This document shows positions 23,993 through 29,604 of a stretch of DNA of 29,604 nt, in pieces; position 1 is the stretch's first letter, and every line of letters begins with the position of its first letter. The DNA lies in the IMG/VR virus record IMGVR_UViG_3300031974_001881, positions 1 to 29,604 of that record; one strand, 5' to 3'. Source of the stretch: a virus. Its lineage: Duplodnaviria; Caudoviricetes. A program made the translations under genes and the position numbers. The notes under the pieces are model-generated. The model saw only the letters and a list, made by a program, of their open reading frames with translations, was not told where the DNA came from and searched no databases.

Positions 23993-26638
23993 TTATGGTG
24001 TAGTTGCGTCAAATTTCTTAGTTGTAGTATCGAATGTTGTAGTAGTTATATCGAATGTGAATACATCACCACTTATTGTAACTATTGAAGGATGAGCAAT
24101 GTATGTCTTTAAATTGTCATGGTTTTCGTAATCTGACATTTGAAACCTATCACCATTTAAACTGCTATTTAATCCTATAATTCTATGATCGTCCCAAGCT
24201 GCAAAAGTTGGTGGCATAACGTAAGTACCATTTGTCGAAACCGCAGCTGTTGAGTTATCTGGATGATTACCTGAATATATGTTTGAGGCACTAAATGGAT
24301 TATTGTAAATATCCAAAGATTTTAATCTAGGTCCAGCATATGCAAAACCAAATTTATATTGTTCACCTCTAAATTCAATAGGCACTAAATTTTGCATTTG
24401 AATATTCATTTTGTGAACTAGAGTTAAATCTCTAGTACCTGCTGTAAAGTGTTCGTCTGTTGTAGCATCAAAATCTGGATCTACACCTAAATGTGCATTT
24501 GTTCTCAATGTTGTACCATCATCTTCCGTTCCTAATCTTCTACCAAATATTGTAGAGAATAGAGTATTGATAATATTGAAGATAGGACTTTCTTCTAATC
24601 CTGATGATATACCTTTTACACTTGTTGCTATCTGAGCACTTATTCTACTTTCAATGTTAACTTGACCTGTAAAATAAAAACCAGCTGAGTGCATAGTCTT
24701 TTTAAAGCTATCTCGCCAGTCATTAATAGTACGACCAACTTTTATGATATAAGAAAAGTCCTGATACAATAAACTATCTTGTATTTTCATTGTAGTTTCT
24801 GAAATATGACCATCTTGGTTTAAGAAACTACCAAAAGTATCTGCAACTGTACCAATAGTCATAGTTGCTGTACTTTGGTCAACTTGAATAGTTGTAGCTG
24901 TTGCTGAGTTTGATGATGTAATTGTACTATCATTAGCAAAAACACCAGTAGCGTCTTTTACTTTTAAAATTTGTGTTGAAGAATTATAAGTTACTATTTC
25001 GGCAGTAACAACAGATGAGTCTGCTGACAATCCTGTAATTGTATCACCTGCTATAAAACTACCACTCAAATCTCTTATTAATATGTAAGCAGGTAAACTT
25101 AAAGTAGGAGGCGATGGACTATTTTGATAACCTACACCAGATTCAATTATTTTTAATTCTTGTACTTTACCAATTTCTGTTCCGTATGCAAAGACAGTAG
25201 CGTTTGAACCGTTAGTATCATCAACTGTAACTACAGGCAATGATTGATAGTTTGAACCTTGATTAATTATTCTTAGGTCTGTTATATCACCTGCACCAGA
25301 TTCTTGTACAATTTTATTTCCTGTGTAAGAATCACCTCTTACAGTTTCATCTTCTAAAACGATATGATCTTCGGTTGATGATGTACTTGTTTCAATTGTA
25401 AAACCACCATTGACAACTGCAACTTTGGCCTCAGCAGAACCTCCACCTGTACCTGTATTATTAAATACTAAATCATCACCGATTTTATAATTTGTTCCAC
25501 CATCATCTACATAAAGATGATTAATTGATCCTCTACCAACTGTATCTACTTGAACTACAGCACCCTCACCACCAGCTGTTAACGATACTAAATCGTTTAC
25601 TTGATAGTTTGCACCGTCATTTGTTAGTGTAATAGAATCTGGAATACCTGTTAAATTAGCTTTTATATAAACATCTGAATCGTCTGATATTGTTCCTCTA
25701 ATTTCTTCACCTGTAGTAAACGTACCTTGGATACTTTCTGCATTTAAAATAAATTCAGTAACTTCATTTGCACCAATTTGAAATTTAAATACGTTTTCTA
25801 TTATAGCAGTTGCTTTGGAAGTTTGTCCCTCAATTGTTCTACCAACTAAAGTACTTGTATCACCTTTCGTAGCAATACATCTAACTATTTTATTTGTATT
25901 CCATTTACCATCAGAGGTTTTTAATAACTGTTCTCTTGGATAGATTGTTTCTGATTCTAATCCAAATAATAATCTAAAAAATACTTCATGTCCTCTATTA
26001 GTACCTTTTGTTCTATAAAGTGATTTGATATTTTTAATTAAATTTCTCTTATCAACATTATCATCTAAATTTTCTGGTAATGTATTTAAAAATTCATTTC
26101 TGAATTTAGTTAAGAAATTAGAAATAACCTTATCTGGATCTTTAAAAGCTAAAAGTTGTTGAATGGTCTCTACAGGATTTGGTCTGTAATTATTAATGAC
26201 AGCACTTGCGTTTGATGAAGCACCTAAAATAGTTTCATCTATTATAAATTTGTTTTGTGATGATATGTACAATCTACCATTATCTAAGTCTTCAACTAAA
26301 ACAGTAGCAGTTGCACCTGAAGTTTGACCTGTTACAGTTTCACCTCTTGTAAATTTACCAAATGCTGATGATTCTAAAATTACTTTATCACCTGAATCTA
26401 ATTGTGTAATATCTGTATCAATACGAGAGCCATCCAGTATTAAAGAATTTTCTTGGTTAGTTTCTGTTTCTAATAAAATACCTTCAGTAGTCTGTACACT
26501 TGTTACAGAAATCTCTGCTGATTCCATAAAAGTATAATACGATTTTAGAAACTCTAAAAATTTAGGATGATCTTCAAGTACAAATTCAGGTACTTGTTTA
26601 TCTAAGAGATTGGATATTTTATCAGTAAATTTTGCCAT
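23993..26638 (-). CDS. gp7: Baseplate wedge initiator
   Basis: QVPEFV.EDHPKFLEFLKSYY.FME; LIKNIKSLYRTKGT..G..VFFRLLF; KIQDS..YQDFSYIIK...W....KKTMHSAGF; directly after gp6. Confidence 0.85.
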   Translation of the reverse strand: MAKFTDKISNLLDKQVPEFVLEDHPKFLEFLKSYYTFMESAEISVTSVQTTEGILLETETNQENSLILDGSRIDTDITQLDSGDKVILESSAFGKFTRGETVTGQTSGATATVLVEDLDNGRLYISSQNKFIIDETILGASSNASAVINNYRPNPVETIQQLLAFKDPDKVISNFLTKFRNEFLNTLPENLDDNVDKRNLIKNIKSLYRTKGTNRGHEVFFRLLFGLESETIYPREQLLKTSDGKWNTNKIVRCIATKGDTSTLVGRTIEGQTSKATAIIENVFKFQIGANEVTEFILNAESIQGTFTTGEEIRGTISDDSDVYIKANLTGIPDSITLTNDGANYQVNDLVSLTAGGEGAVVQVDTVGRGSINHLYVDDGGTNYKIGDDLVFNNTGTGGGSAEAKVAVVNGGFTIETSTSSTEDHIVLEDETVRGDSYTGNKIVQESGAGDITDLRIINQGSNYQSLPVVTVDDTNGSNATVFAYGTEIGKVQELKIIESGVGYQNSPSPPTLSLPAYILIRDLSGSFIAGDTITGLSADSSVVTAEIVTYNSSTQILKVKDATGVFANDSTITSSNSATATTIQVDQSTATMTIGTVADTFGSFLNQDGHISETTMKIQDSLLYQDFSYIIKVGRTINDWRDSFKKTMHSAGFYFTGQVNIESRISAQIATSVKGISSGLEESPIFNIINTLFSTIFGRRLGTEDDGTTLRTNAHLGVDPDFDATTDEHFTAGTRDLTLVHKMNIQMQNLVPIEFRGEQYKFGFAYAGPRLKSLDIYNNPFSASNIYSGNHPDNSTAAVSTNGTYVMPPTFAAWDDHRIIGLNSSLNGDRFQMSDYENHDNLKTYIAHPSIVTISGDVFTFDITTTTFDTTTKKFDATTP

Positions 26639-26651
26639 CTGATATTATCTC

Positions 26652-28508
26652 CTAATAACTACTTGATGTCGTATAACCTACACCTGCGTCAGCAGAACCT
26701 CCAATGAAAGTGTCTGCTTCAACTGTTATTATTGAATTAGCTGTATCTATATTTAAAATTTGGTCTCTAACAGGTACTACGTCATTTGATTGTGGTATAA
26801 CTGTCAACTCTATGACCGTTGAAGCTGCACCTCTAATATTTTCTATAGACGCAACATTTAAAGAGTTAAGTGTTACTTGACCTGTTGCATAACTAATTGT
26901 ACCTTGTGTGTTGTTAGCATAAATTCTGATAGAACCTGATAAACTGTATCGTCTAACATTTCCTTGACCATCATCATCTAAGAAAAATATTGTAGATGTA
27001 TCACCATCAACTTTAAAACCTGTTGAACTTAAAATACCACCAGCACTTGCATTATGACCTGAATGAGGATTATATAATGCGTTTCTAAAATAAATGTCAT
27101 ATCTTGTTGAAGCATTTAGTGTTGGTGTTAAAGCTTTTCTAATTTTGATAGTTGTAATATTTGAAACAATACTGGCGTCTGCTGAATCAATTAAAGATGA
27201 AACTTTTGAAAATCTAAAAAGACCATCAAATTGTTGTAAAGTATTTGTATTGTAAGTTGCTAAAGAAGTAAGAACATTTGATTTTAGAGTAGCTGATGTT
27301 TTAGTAGTTAATTTTTCATCGTACTTAACATTACTTGTCAATAATATATCTGTTGTTTCTGCGTCAACTATTTGTGGAGAAACAGAGGCAACGTTATATT
27401 TTTTTAATTGTGTTTTAATACTTTCTTTAGTAATATTTGTTAAAGTAGAACCTGATTGAGGATTTATTGCAATCTTAACAACGCCGTAAACAGGATTTTC
27501 ATCGTCTTCACCACCCCATGCACTTACTGATCTTGCATTAGGATAAATTGTTTTTACTATTGTTTCGTAATCTGAAGTTGTTACAGCTCTATCTTGTGCT
27601 GAATAACTTAATGGCGCATTAAATCTAATTGATTCTTTTGATTGTGCCTCAGCACCACCTTGTGCATTTGAATTTGTTGTTATAGATACGTTTGAAAAAC
27701 CACCAATATCACCAGACAATTCAAAAGTAGAAGCACCATTAGCTTCAACTGAATTACTTACAATATACTCTAAAGTTATTATGTTACCGTCATCTAATTT
27801 TTTACCAATTACATTATCACCAAAGTAAACTTCAAATTTACCTTCGTCTGTTTCTTGTAAAAAATAAACTTTTGATGTACTTGAAACAGATGTAACACCT
27901 GTTGCTAAAACGTAAGTGTTTGTAGTTGTATCAGTTATAGAATTTTGTACAGTTACTTTTAAAGTTGTTGTATCTGCTCTGTTACTTGGTATAGTAAATT
28001 TTTGGTCTGGATCATTAGCGTCATTTGTATATTTAAAATTAACTAAAGTACCTTCGTAAATTTTTAAGTTTTCAAATTTATATACACCATCGATAGGAGA
28101 AATTGAAACTGATTCATTATTTAAAAATTGATATGAAGTATTATTAATTGTAGTAGTAAAAACTGTACCCTTAGGAATTGTAACAGTTGAACCTGTTGCG
28201 TTGTTTACTTGTACAGTTATGTCTGCTACTGATGTTCTAAGAGATGTTGGTGTATATCCTAACATCTTAGCTAATGATACAATATTTTTTCTTATGTCAG
28301 CACTATCTAAATATGTTTCATTAACCAACATATTAGCATTGAAACCAAGATAGTGTGTATTGTAAGCTAGTGTGTCTAATAGAATTGAAAAACCAGAACC
28401 TTCAAAATCATAATCTTGGAACTCTGATTGACCTTGTAAAAATATTTTTAAATTTGATTTGATATTATCAAAATCAAAATCGGATACTGTTAGTTTATTA
28501 GACGCCAT
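26652..28508 (-). CDS. gp6: Baseplate wedge subunit
   Basis: DFDNIKSNLK.FL..QSEFQDYDFEGSG.SILLD.LAYNTHY..FNANM..NE.YLDSA; AQDRAVT.SDY; WGGED. Confidence 0.95.
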   Translation of the reverse strand: MASNKLTVSDFDFDNIKSNLKIFLQGQSEFQDYDFEGSGFSILLDTLAYNTHYLGFNANMLVNETYLDSADIRKNIVSLAKMLGYTPTSLRTSVADITVQVNNATGSTVTIPKGTVFTTTINNTSYQFLNNESVSISPIDGVYKFENLKIYEGTLVNFKYTNDANDPDQKFTIPSNRADTTTLKVTVQNSITDTTTNTYVLATGVTSVSSTSKVYFLQETDEGKFEVYFGDNVIGKKLDDGNIITLEYIVSNSVEANGASTFELSGDIGGFSNVSITTNSNAQGGAEAQSKESIRFNAPLSYSAQDRAVTTSDYETIVKTIYPNARSVSAWGGEDDENPVYGVVKIAINPQSGSTLTNITKESIKTQLKKYNVASVSPQIVDAETTDILLTSNVKYDEKLTTKTSATLKSNVLTSLATYNTNTLQQFDGLFRFSKVSSLIDSADASIVSNITTIKIRKALTPTLNASTRYDIYFRNALYNPHSGHNASAGGILSSTGFKVDGDTSTIFFLDDDGQGNVRRYSLSGSIRIYANNTQGTISYATGQVTLNSLNVASIENIRGAASTVIELTVIPQSNDVVPVRDQILNIDTANSIITVEADTFIGGSADAGVGYTTSSSY

Positions 28509-28512
28509 TTAC

Positions 28513-28938
28513 TTACCTAATTCTTTGTAGTGTTGTTGTAACAGAAACCGGATTTGGTAAATTCAACACATAAAAATTTACTACTATGTCTATTCCGTTT
28601 CTATCAGGTTGTTCATTTACACCGATAGATGTAACGTTTGCTCTTGGCTCAAAATTAGTTAATACTTCTTCAATCTTTCTTCTAATAAAAATACCAGTCA
28701 TTGGTGTAAAGTTTTCAAATAACATATCTCTAACACCACAACCTAATTCTGGATGAAAAGGTCTTTCATAGAATTGAGTATTAATTAAATTCTTAACACT
28801 ACGCTTTACAGCTTCAACATCTTCTATCTTTACTACATCATTTGTAACAGGATGTCTTGTAAAGTCTAAGTCAAGGTCTACATAAGACCTAACAGACCTT
28901 TTACTTTTATTAGTGTTAGAAGCGTCATAGTTTGCCAT
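28513..28938 (-). CDS. gp25: Baseplate wedge subunit
   Basis: DLDLDF..HPVTNDV...DVEAVKRSVKNLI.T..YERPFHP..G; FEPR. Confidence 0.95.
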   Translation of the reverse strand: MANYDASNTNKSKRSVRSYVDLDLDFTRHPVTNDVVKIEDVEAVKRSVKNLINTQFYERPFHPELGCGVRDMLFENFTPMTGIFIRRKIEEVLTNFEPRANVTSIGVNEQPDRNGIDIVVNFYVLNLPNPVSVTTTLQRIR

Positions 28939-28946
28939 ATTAGTAA

Positions 28947-28954
28947 TATTTATA
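28947..28954 (-). promoter_or_regulatory. T4-type late promoter TATAAATA, only 8 nt upstream of the gp25 ATG
   Basis: TATAAATA TTACTAAT ATG; no Shine-Dalgarno in the spacer. Confidence 0.85.
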
Positions 28955-28967
28955 ATGATATTACAAA

Positions 28968-29261
28968 TTATCCTGCAAAAACATTACCAGAACCGGTAGC
29001 AGCTGAGTTAGGTATCCATGAACCATGTCCACCTGTTCCGTCACCTTGTCTATGTACACCCTTACCGTTTACAAATACAGTTGATGAAGCACCAACAGCA
29101 GGATCACCACATGAAGTAGTGTCACCTTTTCTAATAGTATTAGCGCCATTAGTAATTACATTTGTAGAACCACCTGTATAAGATGTTTTATGAAAAGGGT
29201 TTGGTGTAGGACTAGCATGACCTACATGACTGTCTGTTCCTGATCTAACAATACCTGGCAT
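28968..29261 (-). CDS. gp5.4: PAAR-family central spike tip protein
   Basis: GSTNVITNG...RKGD...CG...GASSTVFVNGKGVHRQGD...H...GSGNVFAG; immediately upstream of gp25. Confidence 0.88.
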   Translation of the reverse strand: MPGIVRSGTDSHVGHASPTPNPFHKTSYTGGSTNVITNGANTIRKGDTTSCGDPAVGASSTVFVNGKGVHRQGDGTGGHGSWIPNSAATGSGNVFAG

Positions 29262-29263
29262 TT

Positions 29264-29515
29264 TTATCTAGCCAATTTCTCTTTTAATGCTAATCTTCGT
29301 TTTTCTTGTAAAATTGATTGTCTTAATTTTCTACCAATTGGTATCATAATAGAATGACACATCTCTTTACCTTTTTTACTGATATATTCAACGCTGATTT
29401 CTCTATCCTTAAAATCGCCTTGTACAGCTCTTACTGCTTTCTTTAAACTTATGTCTTCTTTTTCTTTTTCAACGCCTTCAGCGTTCCAAAACTTAAATAT
29501 TCTCATTTTTGGCAT
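29264..29515 (-). CDS. Hypothetical basic protein
   Basis: Tightly packed ORF with 2-nt gaps on both sides. Confidence 0.7.
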   Translation of the reverse strand: MPKMRIFKFWNAEGVEKEKEDISLKKAVRAVQGDFKDREISVEYISKKGKEMCHSIMIPIGRKLRQSILQEKRRLALKEKLAR

Positions 29516-29517
29516 AA

Positions 29518-29604
29518 TTAACTTTCTATATTATATTTTTCTTCGTCAATATACGAATCGCAACGACAATGACTACAACAAAGTATTAAAATGTTCTTAT
29601 TATC
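29518..29604 (-). CDS. 3' end of a small Cys-rich (possibly Zn-binding) protein; 5' end outside window
   Basis: Manual translation DNKNILILCCSHCRCDSYIDEEKYNIES*; stop 2 nt before the next ATG. Confidence 0.6.
   Translation of the reverse strand, partial: DNKNILILCCSHCRCDSYIDEEKYNIES

Noticed and set aside
26652-29261. T6SS, eCIS or tailocin locus (PAAR + gp25 + gp6)
   Set aside because: Neck genes gp13/gp14, gp15 and T4 late promoters indicate a genuine T4-like phage
1-29604. Stop-codon recoding, introns/inteins, tRNAs, intrinsic terminators
   Set aside because: ORFs are intact and tightly packed in the standard code; no cloverleaf, splicing motif or GC-rich stem with a U-tract was recognised by eye

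Overview
AT-rich window carrying the late structural module of a T4-like myovirus. It resembles the marine cyanophage/pelagiphage type; the host is an inference from gene content and composition. All real genes lie on the minus strand. Read right to left they are: small Cys-rich ORF (partial), hypothetical, PAAR spike tip (gp5.4), baseplate gp25, gp6, gp7, a gp9/gp10-type connector, gp8, a 2034-aa DUF4815/VrlC-like protein, small adaptor/fibre genes, three large Thr/Gly-rich fibre genes, neck gp13, gp14, tail completion gp15, then three fibre/adhesin genes. The last of these is a >400-aa Ig-like plus glycine-rich ORF absent from the ORF track and cut by the window edge. Ten intergenic sites carry the T4 late promoter TATAAATA. 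The main observations are four. (1) At three sites the late promoter sits inside a hairpin whose 3' arm covers the downstream translation start. (2) Recurrent C-terminal peptide / next-gene N-terminal domain pairings suggest a docking code for a branched fibre. (3) A cupredoxin-like domain in the gp9-like protein has lost its Cys and His ligands. (4) Near-identical DNA patches are shared between fibre genes. No tRNA, CRISPR, reverse transcriptase, integrase or defence genes were seen. Family assignments come from recalled motifs, not database searches.
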